A stretch of 64,000 nucleotides of DNA, from the NCBI GenBank assembly GCA_951406725.2, contig OX597827.1, positions 21,142,001 through 21,206,000 on the forward strand. Reading direction: 5' to 3'. Below the pieces are notes generated by a model. That model had not been told where the DNA came from and did no database searches. It saw only the letters and a list, made by a program, of their open reading frames with translations. Of the stretch, positions 14,049 through 26,236 are shown in pieces. The first letter of the stretch is position 1. Every line of letters begins with the position of its first letter. This stretch comes from Octopus vulgaris (lineage: Eukaryota). The position numbers were made by a program, and so were the translations under genes.

Positions 14049-14440
14049 AGGCGTAGGAGTGGCTGTGTGGTAAGTAGCTTGCTTATGAACCACACGGTTC
14101 CAGGTTCAGTCCCACTGCGTGGCACCTTGGGCAAGTGTCTTCTACTATAGCCTCGGGCCGACCAAAGTCTTGTGAGTGGATTTGGTAGACAGAAACTGAA
14201 AGAAGCCCGTCGTATATATGTATATGTATATATTAGCAGATATATTCATAAAGGTCATGATGGGGTGACGGTCAATATTAGTGGACAAACCAATGCACAA
14301 CAAACACACAAATGAGGCCGATAGAATAAGTACTAGGCTTACAAAGAATAAGTCCTGGGGTCGATTTCCTCGACTAAAGGCGGTGCTCCAGCATGGCCAC
14401 AGTCAAATGACTGAAACAAGTAAATGAGTAAATGAGTAAA
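14049..14440 (+). mobile_element. tRNA-derived SINE (family 1) with its middle replaced by a foreign 85-bp segment
   Basis: A box TGGCTGTGTGG, B box GGTTCAGTCC, tail GACTGAAACAAGTAAA. Compare the intact copy at 42565. Confidence 0.85.
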
Positions 14441-14962
14441 TATATATATAGAATGCAGTAATTAATAATGGAGCAGAAACGTCTTCGCGTCTGAAAAGGA
14501 ATAGCTGAAATATTAGCAAACTCCATGGTCCGATAGCATTCACGGTCATCATGTGCTAAATCCAGTTTCCTTGCAGCCTCTTTGTAACTATGGCAAACTA
14601 CACCATTAATAGTCCTCATATCTTCAAATGATTAACTCCAGGAATATGATACAGTAAAGCTCTCAGATAGAATCGCTCTTCTTCTTTTGGCGAAACAAAA
14701 TAGATACGACCAATTGAGTATGTATTATTTTTTCTGAGATGCCACATTTTCTCACTATTATTCCATTTGTAAAATTCAGGGAAATCAATAAAGTGTAATG
14801 TCCATGCAAATGAGTGATTGCTGGTGATTCCTGGTTAACTCGCATCCATTCAGTGAGAGTGGAGCTGCCATGTGTGTGGATAACATGTTCAATATCATCA
14901 TCATCGTTAAAGTAAATGTATTGCTGTCAGATCGCAAGCTGTCAGATCACAGGATATGAACC

Positions 14963-15322
14963 TCTCTTTTACTCTTTTACTTGTTTTAGTCATTTGACTG
15001 TGGCCATGCTGGAGCACTGCCTTTAATCAAGCAACTCGATCCTTATTCTATCGGTCTCATTTGCCGAACCGCTAAGTAACGGGGACATAAACACACCAGC
15101 ATCGGTTGTCAAGCAATGCTAGGGAGACAAACACACACACGCATATATATACATATATACGACGGGCTTCTTTCAGTTTCCGTCTACCAAATCCACTCAC
15201 AAGGCTTTGGTCGGCCCGAGGCTATAGTAGAAGACACTTGGCCAAGGTGCCACGCAGTGGGACTGAACCCGGAACCATGTGGTTGGTAAGCAAGCTACTT
15301 ACCACACAGCCACTCCTGCGCA
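14963..15322 (-). mobile_element. tRNA-derived SINE (family 1) inserted in the Helitron Rep region
   Basis: Reverse complement of the 42565 consensus. Confidence 0.88.
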
Positions 15323-15590
15323 TGTAATTTGAACCCTAAAATCCTCTAGACTGCCTCGGATGAGGATACACAGTGGCCAGTGATATAATTTTCAGTTTCA
15401 TCTTTGTGTGTTTGTTGTGCATTGGTTTGTCCACTGATATTGACCGTCACTCGATAATGACCTTTATGAATATATCTGCTAATATATTTAATTGATTTTA
15501 CAGATGCACATATCCCTACATTACAATGACCCCCATATCTGACTACGAAAGATGAGGGCATATGGTAACATTAGCCGATGTAAATGTAAA

Positions 15591-15748
15591 ACCATTATTC
15601 CAATGTCGGTAAAGTGGATAGCCATTATTCCAATGTCGGTAAAGTGGATAGCCATTATTCCAATGTCGGTAAAGTGGATAGCCATTATTCCAATGTCGGT
15701 AAAGTGGATAGCCATTATTCCAATGTCGGTAAAGTGGACAGCCATTAT
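15591..15748. repeat. 30-bp tandem repeat, about 5 copies
   Basis: Unit GCCATTATTCCAATGTCGGTAAAGTGGATA. Minus strand reads YPLYRHWNNG. Confidence 0.95.
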
Positions 15749-16169
15749 AACTGTGTCATGTATTTTCCTGAAAGTCTCTAGAGAAATGTTTTTTTTACAT
15801 TTCCCATCAACCATACATGTTTCATTAGGTTTATCTCTTCCACATGGACAATGTAGCATGCTTTTCATGACATGTTGGAACAGAATTGGTTGTATTTGGG
15901 GCTTTGGAAGTTCTGCACAAACAAATTTATCCTAATGTTCTGGATCTTTATTTAATATGAACAATATTTGACAAGGGGCTAGTCCACGCTTTTGGAACTC
16001 TATAGTCCACATATACCCCTGCAACCTCTCCCAAAACATTCTTCTCCAAAATATCATGCAAAAGATCCCTAAGTTTCATATTAAATACTCTGTCAGTGAA
16101 ATCTGGTCTGTCAGCTGGTGTCTGACCTGGATAAAGTTTGTCTGTGATACCGTTCGAGCAACGAAAATT

Positions 16170-16555
16170 CTGACACAAATGAAAATTAAATTACAGAGAT
16201 GCATAGCAAGTGACTTGATCTGAGATTGTGTGCTGAAAAAAACAACAATTGTAGCATGGAAGATGATTGTAAGCCATCGAAGAACACACAAAAAGCCATT
16301 AGATTCATTTCAACATTCAGCATAGATGCAGCACAAAGTTTTATCAGTGAAGAGGTTCTGGTTTCAGAGAAACGAAAATATTTTGACAAATTAAATTTAA
16401 ATGTTGAAGTGAATCTAATGATTTTTTGTGTGATCTTAAATGGCTTACAAACATTTTCTACGCTGCAATTGTATTTGAAAATTAAATATTGAAGTGAATC
16501 TAACATTTTTTTTGTTTTCCTTGAATGGCTAACAAATTTCTTCGAAGCTGCAATT
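16170..16555 (+). repeat. Unclassified dispersed repeat, related to about 2925-3120
   Basis: Shared GCATAGCAAGTGA(C/T)TTGATCTGAGAT...GAAAATATTTTGACAAATTAAA. Approximate. Confidence 0.65.
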
Positions 16556-16567
16556 GCTATAGATATA

Positions 16568-16846
16568 CACAGGAGTTGAACAAAATAGTGGAAACACCTA
16601 GCATCATAGCATCATAATTTTGAAATATCTATAAAACTGTCAAAAGCTTATTTATTTTTATGTTTTTTGATTTATTATTAGTGTTGCTTTATATGTTTTG
16701 CTAAAGTTGCTGTTTCTTTTGAGATATCAGAAAAAGGTAATTAAAATTCATTAAAATGGCACATCTACCGGACTTTCAAAGAGGTCAAATTGTTGATGTT
16801 CGTATGGCAGGTGCTAGCATAAGGAAAACAGCTGAAATGTTTGGAA
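16568..16846 (+). mobile_element. Tc1-like element 5' fragment
   Basis: TA|CACAGGAGTTGAACAAAATAGTGGAAACACC TIR-like start. MAHLPDFQRGQIVDVRMAGASIRKTAEMFG resembles a Tc1 transposase N-terminus. Confidence 0.7.
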
Positions 16847-17149
16847 ACTGACTTTTCGTCAAAAACTATGATTGTCACACGCCGATGATAGGTCAATACC
16901 TTGAAACTCGAGTCCGTGTGTATCATAAGTTGAAGACGGGAAGGATGACTTCCCTTCACAAATACTGATAGGGCACAGAAAGTGTGTCTATAGCCAGCTG
17001 GAGGAGGTGTCTTAGGGGTTAGCCATATTCAAATGGCAAATATACGTCACTATATATATATATATATATAGATAGATATATATACACGCACACAAAAAGA
17101 TAGATTGATAGATACAACTAAATGGGCAAACAAAAATATGAGACGCTGC

Positions 17150-17479
17150 CTAGTGCTTTTTTTTTATGTTGATAAGCCCCCAATAGGTGCCTTAACTCCC
17201 ACATTTTAGAGCTCCATGACCTCTATTTTTCAGGAGCAAAATCCTTTTAACAAGTTCCGTAAGATTGCAATTTTGGAATCTGCACATAAAGATCAGTAGT
17301 ATGGGATGCATGTGTCATGATTAGAATTTTTTTAGGGTGTGTAAAGAGGGGAAGAACCCTCATCTGCGATTTTGATGAAATTCGAATCATAGGTATTCCA
17401 GTTCATTAGAGAAAATATAACAGAAAAGTCTAATTGTTCAACTGCATGTAACACGGGCAGCGCCGGGTATATCTGCTAG
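17150..17479 (+). mobile_element. Helitron 3' end (non-autonomous)
   Basis: ACACGGGCAGCGCCGGGTATATCTGCTAG|T. Start uncertain. Confidence 0.55.
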
Positions 17480-19416
17480 TATATCTATATACTCAGCTGT
17501 AAATAGGTAACCCTACTGTAGACTAGCCATCTGATCAGGAGGTAGTGTTGGCCTGCATGCCCTAACCAGTGGGATGACATAATTTTATAGTTAAAACAAT
17601 GCAAAGCGCATTGTGACCAGTGATGTGTAATGTCTGATGATTTGGTTGATCATGTGATCATGCATATATGTATATAAACACACACACACACACATACACG
17701 AGCTTCCAAACATTCCTAAACCATTATTGGTGCATGTGAGGCTGTAGTTCAGTGGAATTGATCCCAGGACCATGTGGTTTGAAGCAAACTCGTGAACCAT
17801 GTGCTCACGTCCGTGTTTGATTGGAAGTAATTGTAACCAGGTGAGTAAGGTGGAGAAGAAAAGCTCACCTGAGATCCAGCAGAGTTACGGTATTTGGAGA
17901 GGGATGTTTTCAGAACGGAATATTGTAAACTGCTGATAGAGAAGATAAAGGAAGAGAAGAGGGGCCTAAAGGTGAGGGTCACTGATCCCAAAGAGCCTCT
18001 TCCAAGGTCAGACATTGAAGGACAAAAGCAAACAAACAAAAATAACACTTTGTTCATGTCAGGGGCGACAACTCCACAAAACTCAGAAGGGATTTGAGTT
18101 GGCAGCAATCGAATTGACGATGTGAAGTGAACAGAGGGACAAAGCTAAGATGGAATTAATAAATTGAATTATACTTTGAGAACCAACATAGATCAGTGTT
18201 TGTAATAGTGTCAGGGGATGGACGTGAGGTTAAGAAAACTTGCCAGACGTGTGCTTTCAGGTTCAGTGCTTAATGCACGGCACCTTGGCCTTGTATTTTC
18301 TATTTGCAGCCCCAGGCTGATCAATGCCTTGTGGAGTGGATTTGGGAGACGGGCAACACAGTGTGTGCGTTCAGATTGGTGGTCTACGAATATCACTATG
18401 AGTTGTATTGTTGTCACATCCCTCCTCCTCATCATCATCATGTCAACAAATGGTTCATCTGCTTTCTACTTTGAAGACACGTTCAGTAAAATATCTGTTA
18501 CTTGAAAAACAGGTAAGGATTAGTGACAGGAAGAGCCTCCAGCTGTAAAGCTATGCCTCAATAGAATATTTGTCTAACCCATGCCAGCATGGAATAATGG
18601 ACATAAAACAAACAACTAAACTTATGAGACGGTACTCCAGCATGGCCACAGTCTATCAACCTCAAAATAAAGAACCATAAGACACTGGACACGTTTACCT
18701 TGGCTAAATAGAGTTACATTTATGCTTAAACCTGCACATATTTAATGTATCTGTATGTGATATGCATAAAATATTGTTTGATGTATAAACCTGCAAACAT
18801 TGATTTCAGCTGTTTTGAATAGAAGTGTTGAATTAAATAAGAAGATAGGGGTTAAGAATTAATTTCCAAATATTCACATATTTTATTGAATTTGTTTTTG
18901 GTCTCACAATTTTGGTTTCTGCCAAGAGGAGAGAAAGAAAGAAAGAAATAAAGAAAATTAACTCTGAGTTGAAGTAAATCCTGTCCTTTCTCAGATTTAC
19001 TGTAGCTTGGCCTCTCATTTATCTCTAGATTTATGTGTGTTTTATATTATACATACATATACACACATCTACCTATAATATGTATGTTTAGTGTCAAACT
19101 GTCAGAAAAAAAGAGTACTCAATACCATGGTAAAGATTGATATTTTATTTTGGTTAAGTTAGCCTCTTTCACCTGTATGTGCACAGGATCTTCAGGCACA
19201 AAGTAACTTGCCTGAAGAGCCTGTGTACCAACAGGTGAAACCCAAAATAGCAAGAGACTAATTCAACCAATACACACACACACAATATTAAAAAGATGGT
19301 CTTGTCACATTTCTGATTGCTGAATGGTACAACAATGCACTATAATACAGACAATGGGCAATATACCTGTTGTAATTTAGTCATTCATTGTCTGAAGAAG
19401 GAATTTTATTCCGAAA

Positions 19417-19811
19417 CTAGCAGTATCGCCCGGCGTTGCTTGGGTTTGTAAGGGAAATAACTATATAAGCATTTTTAGAGATGTAAAGTATAATAGCCAT
19501 CTCAATATGGCTAACCACAAAGGGGGGTGTTACTGTAGCTTTTTACGTTCTGAGATTTAATAATAAATTTTTAGAGAGTTACTTCCCTTATATATGCCAA
19601 AAATGCATTAAAAGTGGGAAAAATTCATGGTAAATTTTTTTTTAAATCGTAGACTCATCGTAGACGCGCGCTAATACCCAGAAGGGCTCGATATGAATCA
19701 CGACTATAAGATACCCGGTTTTGGTTAAACTGCACCGTAAAATGTGGGAGTAGTTAGGAATCTAAATCGTAGGAGACAGACAGCACACAACCTCACTTTT
19801 ATATATAAAGA
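19417..19811 (-). mobile_element. Non-autonomous Helitron
   Basis: Minus strand A|TCTTTATATATAAAAG...GCAACGCCGGGCGATACTGCTAG|T. Same family as 3806 and 61295. Confidence 0.9.
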
Positions 19812-19859
19812 TATCATATCAGACAATGGATGATTAAATTACAATGGGTATATAGCCCA

Positions 19860-20150
19860 TTGTCTTCTCTCTCTGATGACCTCTGAAGTCCGGTGTAAGG
19901 GATGTCCTCGCAGAATATACACGCAGCAAGTTTAGATGGGCTGGACACGTCGCCTGGCTCACCAATAATCGGTGGACCTGCGCAAGCAGAAATGACCACT
20001 CGGAAGGCCTCCACGACGGTGGAGTTACAATTTCAGGAGGACGATTGGGATCACGTGGATGAGAAAGGTGCGATCTAGAGAGGAGTGGACAGCGTGCTGT
20101 GACCAGCGGTGTCAAATGGACGCCTGACAGAATGGTCAGTCAAGGTGATC
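19860..20150 (+). mobile_element. RTE-clade LINE C-terminal fragment (second family)
   Basis: SKFRWAGHVAWLTNNRWT...PLGRPPRRW. Approximate. Confidence 0.7.
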
Positions 20151-20856
20151 AAAGTAATATAGCCCCTTGTTTGTATTATAGTGCATTGTTGTGTCATTCA
20201 AAACATTTTGTTCTTTACAAACAATTCACAATGCTTCAAGCAAACTACAATACTCTCCAAACAGTTTATTAATTGTGAGGAGATTAAAAAAGATTCTTTG
20301 TTTTGAAACCTGAAGAACTTTATGCCCGACAGAATGAAGAATTTTCCAAATAGATGTGGTCATGTTATCAATAATGAGGAGACAAATAATATTTTGATTA
20401 ATATGTTTCAATTAAGACCAAAGAAGCATTTGTCCCTTTACCATCTTGAAATGTGACAATTGGTCCCAGGGTAGAGAAGAAGAGACTTGCCCAAGGTGCC
20501 ACACAGTGGGACTGAACCTGAAAATACAGGGTTGGAAAGAAAACTTCTTAACCACATAGCTATCCATGCTTGCACCTAATACACACACACACACACACGT
20601 GAAGTCGTGGCTGTGTAGTAAGAATTTTGCTTCCCAACCACATGGTTCCAGGTTCAGTCCCACTGCATGGCACTTTGGGCAAGTGTCTTCTGTTATAGCC
20701 TCAGACCAGCGGTGGTGATGGAGGAGGAGGAGGAGGAGGCAGTGATGGTGACACTGATATTCATAATGTTGAATGGAGAGAGAGAGAGAGAGAGTGGGAG
20801 AAGAGATTAATATTCACATGGGGGAGAGAAACATGTGGGAAAAGAGGAGAGAAAAA

Positions 20857-21467
20857 TGATGATGGTGATGATGGTGATGCTGTTTATTTCTTGTTTGTGA
20901 CACTTGCTGTTTGTTTGGTGGTGGTGGTGGTGGTGGTGCTGATTGTGGGGCTGGTGGTTGTGGTGGTGGTGGTGCTGCTGCAGGTGGTGGGTGGTGGTGC
21001 TGGTGCTGGTGCTGATGGTGGGGGTGGTGGTGGTGGTGGTGCTGGTTGTGGTGGTGGTGGTGCTGGTTGTGGTGGTGGTGGTGTTGGTTGTGGTGGTGGT
21101 GGTGCTGGTTGTGGTGGTGCTGGTTGTGGTGGTACTGGTGGTTGTGGTGGTGGTGTTGGTTGTGGTGGTGCTGGTTGTGGTGGTGGTGGTGCTGGTTGTG
21201 GTGATGGTGGTGGTGCTGGTTGTGGTGGTGGTGGTGCTGGTTGTGGTGGTGCTGGTTGTGGTGGTGGTGGTGGTGGTTGTGGTGATGGTGGTGGTGCTGG
21301 TTGTGGTGGTGGTGGTGCTGATTGTGGGGCTGGTGGTTGTGGTGGTGCTGGTTATAGTGATGGTGGTAGTGGTGGTGGTGGTGCTGGTTGTGGTGCTGGT
21401 TGTGGTGGTGGTGGTGCTGGTTGTGGTGGTGCTGGTTGTGGTGGTGGTGGTGTTGGTTGTGGTGGTA
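20857..21467. repeat. (GGT)n-based compound minisatellite with GCT-GGT-TGT units
   Basis: Direct reading. Triplet repeat, open in several frames. Confidence 0.92.
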
Positions 21468-21660
21468 ATCCATCATTTCAATGATGCTGGAGACAACAAC
21501 ATTGCTCAATGACGATTACTGCCATTAAGGGACAGACATGAAATAAATAGTTGTTTTTATATTTTAAATTTTAGTTCACAAAAATCCATGGCCGGCTCCT
21601 TGCAGCCATCACCACCACCTCCTCTAGTATATAACAACCTACCAATATTATCACAGCTCT

Positions 21661-21707
<47 letters not shown>

Positions 21708-23656
21708 TGTGGTAAAGAAGCTTGCTTTGCAATGCAGTGGTCTTGGGTTCTGTTTCAGTGCACAGCACATTATGCAGGTATCTTCCACTATAGCCCTGGG
21801 CTAAACAAAGACTCCTGAGTGGATTCGCTGGATCGAACTGAAACGTGTGTGTGTGTGTTTCTCAAATCTCCGAGTATGTTTATGTGTTGGTGATCAACCA
21901 TGGCTTCCCTAATGAAGTCATTTACTTGCAGACCACCATGAAAATATATCCATGTTTTTTTCTTTATCATGTGTCCGTGTGTCACAGAATCATCTTTGTA
22001 TATAAAGGAATAACACTTATTGCTTTGTAACACGACTTCCAGAAAAACACACACACAAAACACGTACATATATAGGCAATATCAAATATATCTAAATACA
22101 ACAATGATGATGATGATACATATATACATACATATATATACACATATGTATATATATATATGAATATGATGATGATGATATATACATGGTGGACTCTCCC
22201 GTCAAGGACGAAATATGAGCATTTAGCTTTTGCCGAACAACCTGCACAAATTATTTGTTTATAAGAGATCAAAATGTTCGTGCCACACATTAGCTTACTC
22301 TCACAATCAAATCAACAGTACCTGAATAGGTGTCACAGTGTGCCATGCATCAGGTGCCAAAGTGATTGCAGAGCAACATGAAATAAAGTATTTTGCTCAA
22401 GAACACAACACACCGCCCGGTCTAGGAATTGAACCCATGATTGGTAGACTGCGAGTGCAATGGCCTAACCACTAAGTCACGCACTCTCACTGATATATCT
22501 ATATATCATCGTTGTCATCGTTTAACGTCCGCTTTCCAGGCTGGCATGGGTTGGACTGTTTGACTGAGGACTGGAAAGGCAGGACGCTGCACCAGGCTTC
22601 AACCCTTCCTAACGCCAACCACTCCGAGAATGTAGTAGGTGCTTTATACATGCCACCGGCACAGGAGCCGGTCAGAGGGCACTGGCATCGGCCACATTCA
22701 GATGGTGCCACATATATATGTGTGTTTGCATCATCATCATCATTGTATGTAAATATATTTGACATTGTCTATATATGTACGCGTTTTGTGAGTGTGTGGG
22801 GGTGTTTCTGAAAACTGTGTTACAGCTGGAAAAAAAAAGGTCCAAAGGGTCAACCAAATCATGGAACCAAACTGTAGTAGCAACAGCAGGGTTCAGTTGG
22901 AATCCCATAAAACCCAAACGTAAACCGACAAGGATCTACAGGAAATTTGCAGGGACCGGTTGAAAAATTACAGGACCAGCTACATATCTGAAGGGATCAA
23001 ATGAGTGCTGGCCGATAGGGGGAAACTGAAATTTTGTAGGGACCAGCTGGAAGCTTGAGGAGAGTAGCTGAAAGATTGCAGGAATCAGACGAAATCTTTA
23101 ATTCTGTAAAACAGCCAGAAATTATTGCTTTTCTGTGTTAAGTGAAACATTTTGTGAGACCTGAAACCAAAATAAACATTTAAAATAAAATAAAAATGTG
23201 TAAATAGATCAGCTATTTTAATGTTATATCCCCACCCTCGTTCCATCTCCAAGATAAATGTGGAATCAATAATAATGAGAAAATAAGGGTCGATACATCC
23301 TGGCTCCTGAGTGGTAGTGGTCGGCGGGTAAAGGAAAGGCATGTCCTAATGGAAGCTGAGAGAGAGAGACAATGAAGAAACAGCAATTGTTGCCCAAGAG
23401 CAAGATTGGTGCCACTTGCTGGACACGTTTTGGATCAAACATAAGAGTTGAGGGAATGTTACAGTTGTGTTGATATGCTTCTTCAGTCTAAATATAATTT
23501 AAATCCTTCATTTGGTTTTTGTGTTTTGGTTCTATTTCGACGGAACATTCTGGCTTTTTTTTCCACCATTCTTTGTTTCCTATCCTTGTTCGTTTGTTCT
23601 GTACACAGAATCATTGCTCGTTAATTTTCATGTTCGGACGGCACCACTGCAGCCCT

Positions 23657-23690
23657 CGCCCCTTCTCCAGCTGGCACCAGAGAAGGGGCA
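23657..23690 (-). promoter_or_regulatory. GC-rich RNA stem-loop just 3' of the KCTD9 stop codon
   Basis: Perfect 10-bp arms GCCCCTTCTC / GAGAAGGGGC (23689-23680 and 23667-23658), extendable by G-U pairs. Function is inferred only. Confidence 0.5.
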
Positions 23691-23698
23691 TGCACGTG

Positions 23699-23815
23699 TC
23701 AGCGCAACGTCTGCGACATATGAAGTGCATTCAGCATTAACTTGAATGTGGCACCAGTCAGGTTGGCTCCGCGCAGGTTTGCATCCTGCAAGTCGGAGCC
23801 TGAAAGGTCACAGTT
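23699..23815 (-). CDS. KCTD9: KCTD9 terminal coding exon
   Basis: ctcttttcag acceptor, 117 nt. NCDLSGSDLQDANLRGANLTGATFKLMLNALHMSQTLR*, with TGA at 23701-23699. Cf. KCTD9 C-terminus LHMSQSVR. Confidence 0.96.
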   Translation of the reverse strand, partial: NCDLSGSDLQDANLRGANLTGATFKLMLNALHMSQTLR

Positions 23816-24189
23816 CTGAAAAGAGAAAATGAAATTTTTGTTATTTATACTTTATATATTTTTTACATAATTATTTTTTTGAATGTTTGAACATAAGTCA
23901 AACTTTTTAAATACCTGCACATTGATTATAGTTTAGAGGAGGGTAATTAGAGAGGTGTGTGTGAAGTGAGATCACAGAGTGGAGGTGGGACTGACCATGT
24001 GGTTCATCAATTCTTCGCTTATAATTTAAGGGCAAAAAATGTCTTTGAACAGAATATTTAATTGGAGAGAAGAAAATCTGGAATTGTGACCTGAAATCTG
24101 GTCCCCTATCTGTAGGGTGATGTTTCTCTGGTTTGTTCAGAACCATGAAAAAAAAGTAACTCAACTTCTCTTAAGAGTTTCTTATGAGG

Positions 24190-24673
24190 AAACACATGCA
24201 CGCACGCACACACACACACATATACCTACACTCTCACATACACACACACACACATTTATACACACAGACACTCACACACACACTCTTACACTCTCACATA
24301 CACACACACACACACAGACACTCACACAATTTACACACACACATACACTCTTACACTCTCACATACACACACACACACATTTACACACAGACACTCACAC
24401 AATTTACACACACACACATACACTCTTACACTCTCACATACACACACACACACATTTACACACACAGACACTCACCCCCCACACACACACTCTCTTACAC
24501 TCACTCACTCCCACACACACACTCTCTTACACTCTCACATACACACACATTTACACACACACACACAATTCACACACACACACTCACTTACACACATACA
24601 CACACTCACATACACACACACATACACACTCACACACACATTTACACACACAGACACTCACACACACACACAC
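24190..24673. repeat. CA-rich compound repeat with higher-order units in the last KCTD9 intron
   Basis: Recurrent CACTCTTACACTCTCACATACACAC and ATTTACACACAGACACTC blocks. Confidence 0.88.
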
Positions 24674-24804
24674 CCCCTGATATTCAATCTTGCAATGCAG
24701 AGTAGATTGTTAAATATAAAACCACCATCACCCAGTTTCACCCAAGTGAGGGGGTGGATAAGTGAGCAAAAGAACTGGCTTTTGGCAAACTGATTCTGCT
24801 TTAC

Positions 24805-24938
24805 CTCAAGATCAGCACCAGCCAGCACAGCACCCCGTAGGTCACAGTTCTTTAAATTTGCATTCTTCAATGTTGCCACCCGTAAATTGACGCTGGCCAT
24901 ATGGCTGCCTTCCAAGATGACATTCTTCATCTGGGCAC
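24805..24938 (-). CDS. KCTD9: KCTD9 coding exon (pentapeptide repeats)
   Basis: tttgcag / GTAAAG, 134 nt. (G)AQMKNVILEGSHMASVNLRVATLKNANLKNCDLRGAVLAGADLE. Confidence 0.96.
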
Positions 24939-25341
24939 CTGCAAACAGAAGGAAAAAGGAACCAGAATCGGTAAACAAAATGGAAACTAACAAAAAAATG
25001 AAAAGACGTGGATCGAATGTTGGCATTTTACACATCCACAGCCATGATAACCATGGAAACACTGCAGTTTCACCAGAGCCACATAAGTGTATCCAGGGGC
25101 TGAAAACTGTGCTGAAGCATCACTTCAATGGGGTCAAATCTCTCTTTGATTATTGCTGGTTTGGGGCTAAATTGCACACACAACGGGTTTCTTCCAGTTT
25201 CAGTTCACCAAATCCAGTCCAGTCTCAAGTCTTTGATCAGACCAAAGCCAGAGTAGAAAACACTCGCCCAAGTTGCCACACAGTGGGACTGAACCTGAAA
25301 CCACAAGGCTGGGAAGCAAACTTCTTACCACACAGCCATGC

Positions 25342-25385
<44 letters not shown>

Positions 25386-25421
25386 AGAGCACGAGGGGCT
25401 AATGATATCAATCATCGAAAA

Positions 25422-25657
25422 GGCGGCGAGCTGGCAGAAACGTTAGCATGCCGGGCGAAATGCGTAACCGTATTTCGTCTGCCATTATGTTCTGAGTTCA
25501 AATTCCGCCGAGGTCGACTTTGCCTTTCATCCTTTCGGGGTCAATAAATTAAGTACCAGTTACGCACTGGGGTCGACATAATCGACTTAATCCGTCTGTC
25601 TGTCCTTGTTTGTCTCCTCTGTGTTTATCCCCATGTGGGTAGTAAAGAAATAGAAAT
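25422..25657 (+). mobile_element. tRNA-like SINE (family 2)
   Basis: GGCGGCGAGCTGGCAGAA...GAGTTCAAATTCC...GTCGACTTTGCCTTTCATCCTTTCGGGGTC...AAGAAATAG. Many further copies, e.g. about 30090, 36510, 38465, 41470, 44245, 45350, 51640, 62570 and 63770. Confidence 0.82.
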
Positions 25658-26236
25658 AGCAGCATACGCAATTTGGTGATAAAAATTGAGGAAGAGTTGC
25701 ATCAGAAAAACAAGACACCTGTGCGAGTGGCACATAAAAAGCACCATTCGTGCGTGGCCACCTGACCAGTGCTACCTGACTGACACCCATGCTGGTGGCA
25801 CATAAGAAGTACCATTTGAGTGAGACCGAAGCATGATCATTGCCAGTGCTGCCTGATTGGGTCCCATGTTAGTAGCAAGTAAAAGGCACCCACTATATTC
25901 TCGAAGTGGTTGCCTTTAGGAAGGGCATCCATCTGTAGAAACCATGCCAAATCAGATTGGAGCCTGGTGCAGCTTTTTCCTGGCCTGCCAGTCCTCAGTC
26001 GAACTGTCCCACCCATGCCAGCATGGAAAGCGGATGTTAAACAATGATGATGATGATGATGATGATGCCGCAGTCTCGTCTTCAACATTAAAGATAGTAA
26101 CAAGAGGGTGTGTACACAGAGAGTGACAGGAAATGATAGCTTGTGAAACAAAATGTCAGTAGATTTTAAAATGATTTATACAATATTCCCAGTGTCATGA
26201 ATTGAGGCATTTCATTTATTGAAGGAACAAAATATT

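Larger units (their letters stand above)
14450..16165 (-). mobile_element. Decayed Helitron Rep (HUH replication initiator) region
   Basis: Fragments GQTPADRPDFTDRVFNMKL, EFQKRGL (Rep motif 2 region), MLHCPCG...CMVDGKC, HCNVGICASVKSIKYISRYIHKG and FEDMRTINGVVCHSYKEAA, with frameshifts and a SINE insertion. Confidence 0.9.

Noticed and set aside
17894-18108. Short ORFs in unique-looking sequence
   Set aside because: No recognisable motif or exon chain. Likely decayed repeat.
20814-21512. His/Asn/Gln-rich (231 aa, minus) and Gly/Cys-rich (197 aa, plus) ORFs suggestive of beak or structural proteins
   Set aside because: A pure GGT-type triplet repeat is open in several frames by construction. 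There is no unique domain or convincing gene structure, and it does not show the GHG-type repeats of squid beak proteins.
23657-23690. SECIS element making the KCTD9 UGA a selenocysteine codon
   Set aside because: The hairpin lacks the AUGA/GA quartet and apical AA, and it is too close to the UGA. The UGA aligns with the normal KCTD9 C-terminus.
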